Assembly (NCBI GenBank): GCA_004764695.1
Contig: SMSO01000031.1
Coordinates: 7,236,761 to 7,300,760 of the forward strand
Direction: 5' to 3'
Origin: Schizochytrium sp. TIO01
Taxonomy: Eukaryota > Protista > Bigyra: Labyrinthulomycetes
Length of the DNA stretch: 64,000 bases
A model generated the notes under the pieces. It made no database searches. It was not told where the DNA came from and saw nothing but the letters and a program-made list of their open reading frames with translations. Below, piece by piece: positions 38,876 through 51,799 of this stretch (position 1 is its first letter; each line of letters begins with the position of its first letter). The position numbers and the translations under genes were made by a program.

Positions 38876-39305
38876 TTATCTCTGCCTCGTGCAGTATAAC
38901 AAAATATAGCCTTGACAGCCAAACTTTAAAGTATTTGTTTTTGAGGAGCAGAGCAAGCCATCTCCCATTTTCCCATAGCGCGTCTGGTCCCCAAGATGAA
39001 TCAGTTCTATAGAAATAGCCTCCACAAAAGTTATGAAACGAGCTAATCGATTACTCTTCTTTCGAAAGGAAGTCATACTAACTCAGCAGAGCGTTAGGGG
39101 TCTTTTATTCCGTACATTTATAGCACGCCTGACAGAACAAACATTTTGAACATAACCCATCCCTCACCATAGAGCCGCATGACATCCGCATGCAACAGCT
39201 GGCTATGACATTAACCTTAGCTTTAACCTGACTATATACATATTTAGCTTGAGATGTAATCAAGCGTCTAGGAGTAGGACACCCGACTCCCAAGGTGAAG
39301 CTTTA
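38876..39305 (-). pseudogene. Relic IS607-type serine recombinase (TnpA) upstream of Fanzor copy B
   Basis: Ordered fragments LGVGCPTPRR (MerR-like LGVSxxTLRRW), CLFCQ (YxR), KRP/LNALL (KRxGLxxLL), NRLARF (DRLARF), IELIHL, MGDGLL (ELxxDLL) and GCQGY (GxRxY). Same strand, directly 5' of the TnpB relic. Confidence 0.6.
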
Positions 39306-40040
39306 TAGCACAACACATGATAGCACATCAATATGATAGCATGCCACATGGGACGTTCGGATTGTGCGATGATGACATCGTTCACTAGTGGTATGGGGTC
39401 AAATTGCTAGTTGTGGAAATAGATTATCTAATCTCTCCTCCCCCACACACACCCCTGTATGCAGTCTCCCCATCTGGAAAGCACTACTATATACGTATGC
39501 TTAGCTGCATTGGGCAGAGCTGAATAAATGTCGAACATTTGATTTGATTGAGTCCTGCAACAACGAATAAAGTCAAAGACAACAGCAAGATGTAGCATAT
39601 GTCCTTAATCCTCTTCAAGAGCTGCAAACCGCCAAGCTCAATCGCATACTCCGCACTGGAAGTGGTTTTTTTCATATTTTGCATGAATCCGAGATGCTAT
39701 GCTATATCTTCAGCCCTCGAAATCCTGCCAAGTTGAACGACTAATCAGACCTTGACCTCTGCCACCACCTCATTGGTTGTATTTTGTTTTGTTTTTCTTT
39801 CTTATATGCATGACTTAACTTTATCTTGAATTTTAAACCCAAGGCACACTTCAGACCAGTGGGCTCCGCCCATCCTACTATATTTTCTTTTCTTTCTGTA
39901 GATACTCATACAATGCCTTTAGCTGAAGTAGTAATGTAAGGTTGAGCATTGATCAAAACAAGTCCAATAAGAAACGAATAATTTGTAGCCTGCTTTTGGC
40001 AGAGAGTTTGTTGACTCTATCGGGTTTGTTGAAGATGTTA

Positions 40041-40600
40041 TTGCTAAAGGATGTGTTTAGTCAGCTCGAAGATGAGTATTAAATTGGAGACAAAGGGCTT
40101 GGTGAAGGCTCTGGGAAGGTTTACAAAAGCAAACTAATGTATGGCTTAAATATTTAGCAATCTATTGTCCTTGAAGTTAGATTCCAAAGGAGATTGATTC
40201 GTGTTGTAATTCGGATAAAGACATATTTGATATGCACTAGGCAAATTTGAAGAGGTTAAGTTAGGTTGTCTCTTCAAACATCAATTCAGATTCCAAAAAA
40301 CTTTGTTTAATTGAATGCGCTTGAACAGTTTTGATTCCTGACTTCGCAGCCATGCAAATTTGTTTGTCTAGTTCTATCCCTGTGGAAGCCCTAAATCCTT
40401 CAGTGGAGGAAATATAACGCCCAGATTATGGCAAGGTTTTTTTCACTAGCTTCTTTGGTCGGGGATCTCAGCAGGTATCTTCTTCATTTGGCACAAATGA
40501 AGAATCTAAGGAGGGGAGGGGGGGGGGGAGGGGAGTGATGCCCAGCTTTGAAACAGTTTTAACGCGCCTACACAATAGTGCAAGACAATCCAAATCTTCT
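40041..40600 (+). pseudogene. Possible protein kinase relic
   Basis: Y*IGDKGLGEGS-GKVYKSKL resembles a glycine-rich loop, and PSFETVLTRL at about 40541 resembles a TKL C-terminal RPxF..L motif. No catalytic-loop motif found between them. Confidence 0.35.
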
Positions 40601-43600
40601 TCAGGTTCTTTAGTATTCTCTTTCAGAAGCTTCGACGCTCCACTTTTGTCGAACATTGCCTCTGTGATTGCACATTACCTTAGAATGAACGAACCAGACC
40701 AATTCAATTACGCATCTTTGGTTCAACAGAGAAATTCGAAAAAATGTTTTTGAGATTGCACGCTTCTCTGTAATGCAAATCTAAATTGCTCTGTGCATCT
40801 TCCAGACAGTAGAGAATCCTTGTACGTACGTGATAATCGATTCTCGGAGTATTTTTATTTTAAAGGAGTATTTTTGTTTCGGGGAAGTCTACGTTATATA
40901 ATTTTTCAAGAATAAGCAACGAATGGTCTTAAAAAATTAGATTTTGCCCTAGGTTCTCGAATTTGTGTTTTATTTTAGAGGTAATCCTATTTTGTGAGGT
41001 CATGATTAGGTTTCAATCTCATAGGTTGTAAATTTCCGGTACTTCCCAACCAAGGATCTGTCTTAGTGTCTGTCTATCTGAAATTTCATTTCCTTCGTCT
41101 GTTTTTATTTTGCTCCTGAGCCCCCCTGAGAGTCAAGGTATTCGCATGGGAGTAGTTACGGCGGGGGGGCATAGGAGCTTCACCATCTCACAGGGAAGTA
41201 CCCAAGAACGATGTCAAATTTTCATGAGGAGTTGCGGTTTTGGGAAACTGACAAAGCTGTTTCGCCCTTTCTGCCTGGAATAAGCTGTTAGGGAGCCTCA
41301 GAATTGAATAAAATGAATGGGGAAAACATTTCTATTTAGATTTTATTTTCAGAAACTCATCAAAATGAGTGTGACGAGTATCAAACTCATTTCTATTGGA
41401 TGGCGTAGTTTGCCATCTTAGATTTGTGGCAAGGTGATCTAGTGGAGCGTGAAGTGGTAAAATGGAAGAACATTTGGAAACGGATTCGACGCAACTATTA
41501 ATCATGCAATAAGCATGGACTGTGAACTTCAAGTTCAATCCTGTTTCATTAACAATTAGCGAATTATCAAGATTTCGAAGTCATAATTTCTCTTTTGTGT
41601 GGACTTTTGTAATTGCTCAAAACATAATCATAGCTTCAATGTGTTGTAGCTCGCTTAAAATGGATTGGATACTAACATTTGTTGGCATTCCTCCGTCGTT
41701 GTCACTATGTTGGAGATCAGATAATGTATAAAAGGTGATATTGAGGATCTCCCCAAATTCTGCGGCTGTTAAATCCTGGAGAATAATTTGTGAAAACTGA
41801 TTTGGAAAGCATTTTTGGGTAAAAGGCTTCTAAACGGATGTAGGTACTATTTTTGTGAGCATCTAATGTGAACGTGCGGTTTTCTTTTAGCGTATCAGTT
41901 CCAGATTTCATGAGAGAAGACAATGTCATTGACAATTAGCATTCAGCTAATTGAATATTCTGCACCTATGGCCACAATGTTATCTTGCACTGTCAATATA
42001 TAGTAAAAGCAATGAGATTGGTTATTATTAGATAGAATGATGCGGTGTTTGCTTTATTTGGTGCATGTTGTAATTGTTGGATTTGTTTATGCGAGTACTT
42101 ACAGCAATCGTGTTTACTACAGACACCACTCGAACGGTCAGAATTGTACCAAATAGCAGCTACTCTTCGTAGGTTCCGAGTGATGACATCATGGCCGAGA
42201 TAGGAAGTGATTTGAGTGCGTTCTATTACTCAAGTTCTGGTGGTAGTTTTGATGTTCACGTATCAGTTAATGAGACTACCTATATGTTGGACTCTTTTAG
42301 TATTGATAAATCAAATAATTGTTACATAGATGGAGCAGAGGTAACTTCGAGTAGCGTGCTTGTTTATGAAGAAGCTTTTGCTCTCGCTGAAGATGGCGCG
42401 AATGCGTCTACATATGACCCTCTTGCTCTGTCCGCCCCTTATTGTAACTTGGGGTTGCTTATGATTATAAAGAAGTGCTTGATGAATCCTTGAATCGTTA
42501 CGAATTTATAGAGGGACTTGATGGAGAAATCATCCCCACAGCTCTACCTCAATTGGACACTGAAGACTCTGTAGCATGCCTAACAGGAGGTGGTGAAGGT
42601 TTCCTAAGGAGTTGGTTCCTTAACTTGCAAGATAGCTAGTGACCTTCAGCAGCGAAAGAGCTATCAACATTATTCAAAGCCCTACGAAACCATAAACTGA
42701 AATGATTGTCTCTTTCCTGGTTGCCCTGAAGGAAGAAGTTATGCCGCAGATATTTTACTGTTGAACATGTTGGAACAGGGCTTCTTTCTAAGAATGACCC
42801 ATTTTTATTGCAGAATGACATAGTTAATTGTATGCAAAAGCCTCGTGCTATAGCCTTTCTAGCATGCTGAAGGGCCCTCCATCTTTTATGAAATACACTG
42901 CAGTAATTCCCTAATGCCCTAAATAGCAATTGCAGCAATAGAACGAAAAGACAGTGAGCTTTAAACGGGTCATTCTTGTTTCTGGTTGCTTTTTTGCTGC
43001 TTGTGTTAGCAGGAGGCCCTTTTCGCTGCAAAATTGACCATATCGATAGAGCTGAAGAGGCTTACTACTAGTGCGAAGCAGTTCTGGCATATAATAGTGA
43101 TGGAGCTCCATTCGTTTATTCTGACCCATTTCATCCATGAAGTCCAGTTCGTAAGCGCTGAGCTTCTTGTACTTTCTCGCTGACCTCCGATCGCTCTGCG
43201 TCACATCCCACCTGCCGAAGCTCCGCCTCTCGAAGTTGAAGTACTCCTTCGATCCTTGAAGATATATCTCTTCTATTCCAACTTAAACAAGCAACATCCG
43301 GCGATTCATGGACTTTGATCATCATTCCGTGTATCAATCAATCAATCAATCAATCAATCAAATCAATTCTCTTGTTCGCAAATAAGTGATGGTGATAATT
43401 TTAGTAGTCAAGAAGGAAACCAGCACCGGTCCTGGAACTACTTCGCGTTACAGCAATAAAAACTCGGGGCGGTCGAGCTTCGAAAATGTGTGCTTGGACT
43501 CGCTAGAACATTTATCGAACCTTCGCCCAGATCCTCCGGAGAGAGCGCTTTGAGGTTGTTCTCTTACGAGTTCTGAGGAACCTCTTTCTTGATTCAATTT

Positions 43601-44612
43601 GTTTTTCTGTCAAACATGACGTCAGCACGAGAGCAAAAGGATCAATTTCCGCTGCTATCGTTTATGCTAGATGTGCATTTACACTAAAAGTTACGATGGG
43701 AGCAGAGAATAGAGAACAACGTCAAGAACAACTTGAACCAACCCTTCACTACAATTCCTTTGGAAAAAAGAGTCCCTTCAGCTGCTGTTTCCCCTGACAA
43801 ATAGCAAGCAAGTGGAAGAATTCGTATGCGAGGACCTGCTTCTTCGACGCAGCTCTTTGCCGCAGAGCGTATCGATCTGCACTGTTCGAGTTTGCATGAG
43901 CTTTGGCTTTCTCCTTCGAACTCCAATGCGTTTTCGTCTCTCCGCTGAGCTACTTCTGAACTTTGCAGCGGCGCGCCTCCTATCCTTTACCATAGGACTT
44001 GTACGGTCGCGGCTGTTTCTCTTTCTTTTTCTAGTTACGCTATATGACATCCAAAGTTTTACTTTGGGGGGAATAACAAGGAATGATTGAGAGACAGAGC
44101 CTATGAGTAACAACATTATCTGCGATGAGGAACTTCTATGTTGAAAGAAGCCAAGAAGGACAGAACCACTGTCATTGTAAAGAGAACTTGAAGGGAGTTT
44201 TTCTCCTCTCTTAAAGGATTAAAAGAAGGAGAGAAGAATCGCCGAGAGGAACTATCGAATGAACAAGTCAGCGAAGCGGAAATCAATATCCACTCACGCA
44301 CTCACTCACGCACTCGAGGTCGGCAGCAAATCGCAAACTCGGACGCTATCGACCGATTGAGGCAGAGAAGCACAAGCAGGAAACCTCACTCCTGTTCTCC
44401 CTCGGCGACTGCAAAAGACTAAGCGCTGCCTGTCGAGCTCGAGCAACGAAGCTCTGACGCTGGACCTGAAGTTGAGGGGGTAGATATTACTCATCCCTGT
44501 TGTTGGTCTTGCCAAGCTTGCCTTAGGTCAGAGAGATAGCGCACCAACTGCGTATTGGCGAGCATATCGCGGTGGACTCAGAGCGTACGAGTTACTTGCA
44601 AGAGAGGATATC

Positions 44613-45644
44613 ATGGGTGTCACAGATCGCGTCAAGCTGAAGAGCACGGTGCCTGGCGCCGCCAAGACTCTGAACGAAATGGCGAACCCGAGGTATGTTT
44701 CGCCTGATAAGGCGATTCCTGCGTTTCTTCTGCAGCGCTGCAAGGGCATTGCCTTCATCAACATCTACAAGATTGGCGCTATGATGATCGGTGGCAATGT
44801 CGGTGGCGGATGCGTAGTTGTCAAGATCAAGGACTCCTCGCAACCACTTGGATACCGCTGGAGCGCTCCTCTTAGTGTACGCGTGGCCGGTCTCGGTGGC
44901 GGATTCATTTTTGGCGCAGAGAAAATTAGCAGCGTTATTATTCTGAATACGACTTCCGCCATCCAAGGATTTGCGGCAGACAAGCAAGTGTCATTTGGAG
45001 GTAACGCAAGTCTTGCCGTTGGCCCCGTTGGTCGCGATGCCGCTGCCAGTGTCGGTCTTACTGACACCCGCAAACTTGTCCCAGCATACAGCTACTCTTT
45101 AGCTAAAGGTGCTTATATTGGTGGCACTTTGGAAGGATCTATCCTCAAGGTTAGCGACTCTGATAACCGCGAGTTTTATGGCCGCGATGTTTCACCGACA
45201 GAAATCCTGAGCGGAATGGTGGAGCCTCCTCCCGTCTGTAATGTTCTCTATGAAGCGCTGCACGAGGTTGTTGGTGGCACCGCTCCGGTCAAGGACCAGA
45301 GCTCTGTTGCGCTGAGCAGCTCATCTCTGCGCAATCTCGGTAACTCTGGAAAGGCACTTCTGCGTTCTGGGTTCTCAGACGATAGAGATCCCGGTGCTGG
45401 TCTTCCTGCAGGGTGGAGCCAAGCTTATGCTCCAGATGGGCGTGTGTATTTCTATGATGATAAAGGCAATACAAGCTGGGACCGCCCAACAGCAGCAAAG
45501 GCATCAGCTCCCCCACCACCACCTATGGCAACACCAGTTGATCCCAATGCACTCCCTTCCGGTTGGGAGGAGTATACTTCGCCCGAGGGCCGCAAATACT
45601 ACTCTAACGGCACAACGACCCAGTGGGAGCGACCCACTGCATAA
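44613..45644 (+). CDS. SYLF/Ysc84 (SH3YL1-like) lipid/actin-binding domain protein with two C-terminal WW domains
   Basis: SYLF motifs: IP..LL.RCKGIA, GGGCVV, WSAP, GLGGGFIFGAE, AVGPVGRDA, YSYS.AKG.Y.G..LEG, N.EFYG. WW motifs: LPAGWSQAYAPDGRVYFYD...TSWDRP and LPSGWEEYTSPEGRKYY...TTQWERP, separated by a PPPPP linker. Confidence 0.93.
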   Translation: MGVTDRVKLKSTVPGAAKTLNEMANPRYVSPDKAIPAFLLQRCKGIAFINIYKIGAMMIGGNVGGGCVVVKIKDSSQPLGYRWSAPLSVRVAGLGGGFIFGAEKISSVIILNTTSAIQGFAADKQVSFGGNASLAVGPVGRDAAASVGLTDTRKLVPAYSYSLAKGAYIGGTLEGSILKVSDSDNREFYGRDVSPTEILSGMVEPPPVCNVLYEALHEVVGGTAPVKDQSSVALSSSSLRNLGNSGKALLRSGFSDDRDPGAGLPAGWSQAYAPDGRVYFYDDKGNTSWDRPTAAKASAPPPPPMATPVDPNALPSGWEEYTSPEGRKYYSNGTTTQWERPTA

Positions 45645-46231
45645 GTATGTAAATCCACATACAAGATGAGCAATTCCATTATATCAGAGGAGGCGTGTTT
45701 TTTGGCCTTCTATATCATTGCTTGAGTGTAATTCACCTCCTACCACAAATAGAAATAATTACCACAACAGAATCTATATTTAGACGTTTCTTCCCCTTTG
45801 AATGAATAGTCAATGGATGTATTCATCATTGCATGCAGCTTCAGAGCATTTTGAAGCCGTTCTTTAATCCACATCGTTGATCACGATATCGCATCTGCAT
45901 CATCATTTCGTTCCTTTATATTACCACACCAATTATTCCCACCTATCAACTACATTTTTTTTTTGCGCCAGTTCCCTTCTCGCACTTTCATTTGTTTTAC
46001 CTCGCTGCTGTGCGACTACAGAGGGCCATGAATGAATAGTTGTGGCTGAAGATCTCCCCAGATTGGCTCTATTTTCAGCAGCCACTTAGTATAGTAACAA
46101 AGTTAAATTGGTAATTTTTCATTTCTTTCTTTAACAGACGCTCAAACCCATTCCTCAAGGTCAATTTGCGTAATACATCAGGCATCGCAGCACTAAGTGG
46201 GACCACTCCGCCTAGTGCAAGGCGTCGAAGT

Positions 46232-48011
46232 ATGGGCAACGAGCTGTCGACGTTTTGCTGCTCTGCACGCAAGAACGAAGAAGATGGTGATGCGCCATGG
46301 GATACAGACCTCAGCTTGCTCCGTTTCGACGTGCCGAGCTTTGCGCGAGAGAACCCTCTTCGATTCCAGCTTAGAGCTCTTGGGGAAGGCTTGCCTCATG
46401 AGTGCTCGCAAATAACTGAAGTCAACTTGGATTGCCTTGCAGGGTTTTCTGCGCGGGCTCGACGAAACGCAAAAAAGTTTACAACTCGAAGTCCCACCGG
46501 TGTGTCGCAAAGGCTATCTTCAGTTCAAAATGCAATGGCTCGTGAACAGAGGTCGCCTCTTTTAGAAGGCTCTCGTCAGGGTGCCAGTAGAGAAACTCAA
46601 AATCCTAGACAAATAATGAGCCCTCCAAATACATCCAGCTTGCCATATCGTCTTGGCCAAGAAGATAATTATTTAGGGTCGCCGTGCACTCGAGTGGTGA
46701 CGATCCACGAGCTTGAATCAGGCAAGTCTGCACTCAGCGTTTGGTCCATGCAACCTTTCAAGATTTTAAAGACCGGCCAAGTTTGCGTTGATAGTCCTCG
46801 GCACGGCTATCTTTCTTTGGAAGCTTGCACCGTTAGCCCATGCGGAATGAGGTTCCACGCATGTCATATCTTTGAGTTTCGCACTGTGCCAATGATCGCA
46901 GTTGCCGTATCTGGCATAGTTGGTTATCGGGCGCCGGCTTTACAAAAGAAAAAGAGTTCTAAACAATCTGAAAAACCTCCAAGGCAAGCCAGTAGTGTTG
47001 GTGTTGCAGAAGGCGTACTTCTATTTTCTCTGCAAGCCTCTCCTGACGAAGATCATGGGCTGTTGTGCAGCATGCGCCCCTTGGGTGGTTTAAAGTGCCC
47101 TGGACTGCGATGCGACCAGATCACGAATGTCTCCGCGTATCAAGATGTTATTGTAGCTGCAGATGCAGAAGGTGCAGTACTTTTGTGGAGACTAGAGTCT
47201 CCTTACCAGGCTGTAACGGATGAAGAGAGTGAGTCTCCAGAATTAGTCGCTGTTGGCACTGGATGTCCTTTAGTTTCTCTTGAAGTTCGAGAATCGCCTC
47301 CCATCGTGCCACTGTCTCCACATATGCTTGACTACGAGGACTCACACTTGTTTCATATAGATGCTTCGTCACGTTCGCTGCCTGCGGCCTGTGACATTAT
47401 AATTGTTCGTGCAGATGGTGAGGTCACTATCGTGCATTCAGAACCATCTTCAAGGCCATATGATATAGATCGGCAGTCGCAACGTAGAGCAAAACGCAAA
47501 GCGCATGTGGTCCTCCAACGTAAATTTGAAGTTGCTCAGCAAAGTATTCACCAACTCGCTCTTGCTCCAAGTCTTCATGGCAGTCCCTGTTAAACCGCGG
47601 GCATTGCAGCAGAATGGCCAAGAAAAAGAGGAAGAGGAAGCAACGAATTCTCGTGGGCACTCATTTTCTCTGTTATTTGCTGCAACGAATTCTTCTGTTG
47701 GTCCAGCACCCTGTATTCAAGTGTGGGACTTGCGTCAAGAGATGGAACACGCATTGCTAGGAAGCTATGACCTTAGTGGAGTAGAGGAAGCTAAACATCG
47801 AGCAATTGTCGAAGTAAAATACGGGCCTTTTCCGAATGGGCCTTTAATTTTACATCTTGATGATGGTTCAATTATCAAGATGGATCTTGGTGGAAGAGTG
47901 CTAGATGTCTTGCATAAGCCTACCACTAGCTCCAAATATCGCGTAATTATTCAGCCTGACCTTGGTGTTTACTGTGTAACACCTCATGGAAACTGTTTCA
48001 AGCTTGTGTGA
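46232..48011 (+). CDS. Uncharacterised protein, probably N-acylated and beta-propeller(WD40)-like, with a probable frameshift near 47586
   Basis: ATG 46232 gives MGNELSTFCC (MGxxxS plus CC). WD-like strands IVAADAEGAVLLWRL, DGEVTIV and IQVWDL. Deleting one C at 47585-47587 fuses ORF 46166..47593 with 47505..48011. Confidence 0.65.
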
Positions 48012-48198
48012 TCGAGTCTAACGTTTTCCTTGCAGGAATTCATAGAAAGCAACTGGGACAATTCTTTTGATAAATAACTTACGCTGCTTTTATTTAGATT
48101 AACACAAATATATGTAATAGTATGCACAAAATCGGTGTCTCTTGTTTTGAAATCAAGAAACTAATCATTCGCCTTTTCAGAAAACTCAATTCTATTTC

Positions 48199-48996
48199 TC
48201 AACTTTTGCTGGAATTCTTGATAATAGCATCTTGATATATGGAAAGCACTTTAGTACGGGCGTGCTCGGCATCCTCATGGGTTCTGAAATCCACAACGAA
48301 AGCAAGGCCTTCTCCATCGTAGTGTACATTGAAAGCTGTACAACGAGTACATAAGGCTTCCACATCTGCTCGCTGGGAGCCCAGCACGTTAGTAAATGTA
48401 AGGCTCGTAATGTGCTCATTGCTTGCTGGTGATAGAGCTAGATGGGTTTGCACTTCCTTGGTCTGCGATTGAACTGATATACTTCTTGATACCGCGGCCT
48501 GGGTGGATTTCATCCAAGCAGGCAATACAAGAGCGCGGCCTCGGCCTCGGCCAGCTGGAGGCCCTTGACTGGCGTTTGAAGATGATGATAGGAGCCCGAC
48601 AGTTTTTATATTTTCTGGATGTGCCAAACTTGCGAGAGCTTGTTCACGGCTTTTACGCTCAAACTGTTCCCTTCGGTGTTGAAATGTTCTTAGATCAGCC
48701 TCAACGCGTCGAAGTTTCTCGAGTTCGACAATGCGTTGTGATCGTGCAGCATATAATGCTTCATAATCATTCGGCTGACCTGGATCATAGTCTTCATCAC
48801 CAAGCCTATCCAAGGCCCAATTTTCCGCTTCAACGTGCACAGCATCTGAGGAGGCATGCATATTATCTCCAAAAATGCTCACTAGCTTCTTCGGCTGCTC
48901 AAAACACTGCCACGAGATCTTTGACGTTTTCTTACGGATAGCCAAAGCACCCGAGCAACAACTGGTTGGTAAAGCCTTGATGACTAACCGATGCAA
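48199..48996 (-). CDS. Splicing factor 45 (SPF45/RBM17)-like protein; start uncertain
   Basis: DYDPGQPNDYE matches the SPF45 motif (EYDPxxPNDYE), followed by a charged helix, GRGRG...LPAWM and a degenerate C-terminal RRM/UHM-like region (LTFTNV...AFVVDF...A). First in-frame ATG is about 48864. Confidence 0.6.
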   Translation of the reverse strand: MHRLVIKALPTSCCSGALAIRKKTSKISWQCFEQPKKLVSIFGDNMHASSDAVHVEAENWALDRLGDEDYDPGQPNDYEALYAARSQRIVELEKLRRVEADLRTFQHRREQFERKSREQALASLAHPENIKTVGLLSSSSNASQGPPAGRGRGRALVLPAWMKSTQAAVSRSISVQSQTKEVQTHLALSPASNEHITSLTFTNVLGSQRADVEALCTRCTAFNVHYDGEGLAFVVDFRTHEDAEHARTKVLSIYQDAIIKNSSKS

Positions 48997-51799
48997 CGAA
49001 TGGACAACAGGTGTAGGCAGGTTGGTGGACCCTCCTGATAGATAAGAATAAAATCACACCAAATATAGTGAGCCCAATCCAAAGGCTGTTGTGGTTCAAT
49101 CTTGTGATGCTGTTGACTTGTGATCGTTCACTCTGTCTTCATTGTTTTGATTTCCTTTTGGTGCGCAATAATTAATATTATTCTTTAAATGTTAAATGTT
49201 AAATTGACTAAAAATAGACCCACACTTGAAATATGATCGCAGGTTGGTGAGTGCTCAGCACGTTGAGGGTCAATATCTCTGGTTTATGCATGAGTAAAGT
49301 CTCATAAATAATCTAGATGTGCATACACACAACATAGATACTTCTCACGCGCTATACTCTAAGCGGGTGCACTTTGCTAAATCATATTATTGAGAAAAAC
49401 CTTCGGGCAATGTAGATTTCAAATACACGGTGCGGTCATGCCAAATTAGTAGCGAGGGAGGTTCTTAGCTCTTTTTAAGATGATGATGATGCAAAGGTTT
49501 TGGAATGAGAAAGAAATCATTGCCGAGGGTTAAATGAATAATAATATGCAGGGTTTTCACAGCACGAGAATAGCAATCCTGTTTAATCAAATCAAGATTG
49601 GCCTGGTTAATCATTCTGCCGAAGAGGTCTTGAAAGTTGTACAAATGATTCAATTCGAACTTCATGTTGCAGTTCTCTATGCAATTATGGATGCAACCTT
49701 ATGGTCTTGGTTGGATTATTGGTTTTATACGAGATTTAAAAAAAAAGAAAAAAAAAAAAGGACAGCAATTACTTTGATTCAAAAGCTTTTGTAAGTTATA
49801 AGCCACAATCTTGAATACACAAGCTTAAGGTTGCCTTGACTTATCTGCCATTTGATACCATAATCTATGATAGACGACCGAGTAGTATCGATTGATATCA
49901 CCAATCTGTTACAACAGACTTGATGATCTGGCTTCTACTTGGGTAATATTAAAGTAGAATTAAAGTAAAATAGCAATTACGATAACTAGGTAGTACCCAT
50001 GCACGATTTCTAGCCAAATGGCACCAACAGCACCAATTTTGACACCCGGACTGCCAGCTCGGCGATATGTAGTACGTAAAACCGCGCCTATTGCGAACTT
50101 TAAGACTAAATTTGTTCTTAGCCGCAACTCTGGAAAGTATTGGTTTTCTGTCTCGTAAATGCAAAGAAATTGGATAGACATGCGCTCATCCCTTCCTTCC
50201 TTACAACAAGATCATAAAACTTCTTTATGTTCACGTTGCAAGTCAGACTGGGTCCCAAGCAACCGCAGAAAGATTCAGAGGGCGATTGCAGACTCACAAA
50301 TTTGCACATCACCTCTTATCTGTATTTAAAAAAATATATATATATGAGAAATCCTAACTCAAATGATGATTACACGTCAAAATTAGGCAAGGAATCACCT
50401 TCATCAACTTAGGTCTCACGAGTTCATCGGCTTTTATTATGTGATGAGTTTGTACCAATCGGTTGGACAGTTTAAACATACGTATTCTATTAGATTCTCA
50501 AACATCGTAATGATATCATCGTGCCAGGGCTAATCTTTTATTTACCTTTTTGAGGAAAACGAAGCAGTTTCTAAAAACCTATATTAGCAGAAATGCTTTA
50601 CTCGTTTCGAAATCAAGCAAACAAAAAGCGCTTAAGCAACGTGGCCACCAAGTGAGATACCTTGTTTGGCGGCAGTCGCACTGCATGGGGCACTCCTTTA
50701 TCAAATTGTGTTGTACGATGAAGAACAAACAGCTTCTTTCTATATATATTTTATTTTCATAGGTAGTAGTATACATTCCTATATTCATTAAAAAATAAAT
50801 AATATATTACTATTTAAAATATAATAACGTAACTTCAAAAACATTATATAACGTCAATAATAATAAGATTGGTAGGTTCCACCTAAGCTTAATCCCAGCA
50901 GTAGCCTCAAAATTAAAAGAGATCATTTGCGACTTTTACTTGCTATTTCTAACCCAACGCCCATCGTCCCAAATGGCCACTCCTCCACGGAGCTCTTTGC
51001 TTTCTTCTGCCGCTGTTGGGTACCTATGCCACAACTCGTGCTCAGAGCCACCCCTCGTTATGCTCTGCAACAGTCTTTCAATCGTCTATATCGAGAAAAG
51101 CTTGAATCAAAATTTTCCGATGGAGAACGAATCGCTATTATCCACTCCTACCTTTACCACTAACCATGTTACTTGTAGTGGTGGCCTAGCCCTAATTGAA
51201 GCCTATTGCTGGTACTAGGAACTAGGAGTTGATGACGATAGTATATGACTAAGGGGACGTTATGTACTATATTGTATTATATTCGTGATAAATCTTTCTA
51301 TGAATAAAACATGTATGTTAGTCCTAACAAGAGAAGGGTTTAACAGTTGTCTTTTATTTGCAATAAAATACCCTCTTATATTTAATGCAGAGCCGATCTC
51401 AATCAAGGCAACGAGGATCGAGCCCACCTCACTACCAGTTGAGCAAACTCGAATTACTAGCTGCGAGTCGAGCATCCCCCCGCCCTTGCGTCTGAGGGCC
51501 TCCACTGTGCAGGAAGCTGAGGGGAAAGCAGAGTTCTGTGTCTACGAGCTCGAGACGCCTTCTCCTCGTTCTTCAGCGCCTTCGTTCTTTCGGTTGAGTC
51601 GTACAGATCTCCTTTTCTCAACCAACGTGTGGATCAACTGTTGCTTCCGTTGAGCTGCACTTGCGGCCTCAGATTTTTGGGTAGAGTAATTTCGCCTGAG
51701 ATCTTCAGCGAAAAGAACCGGCACTTGAGGGAGTACAGAATCTGTGGTGATTGGTTTGTTGAATCGATCGATCACTTTACTATCTAGATTTGAATAAAA

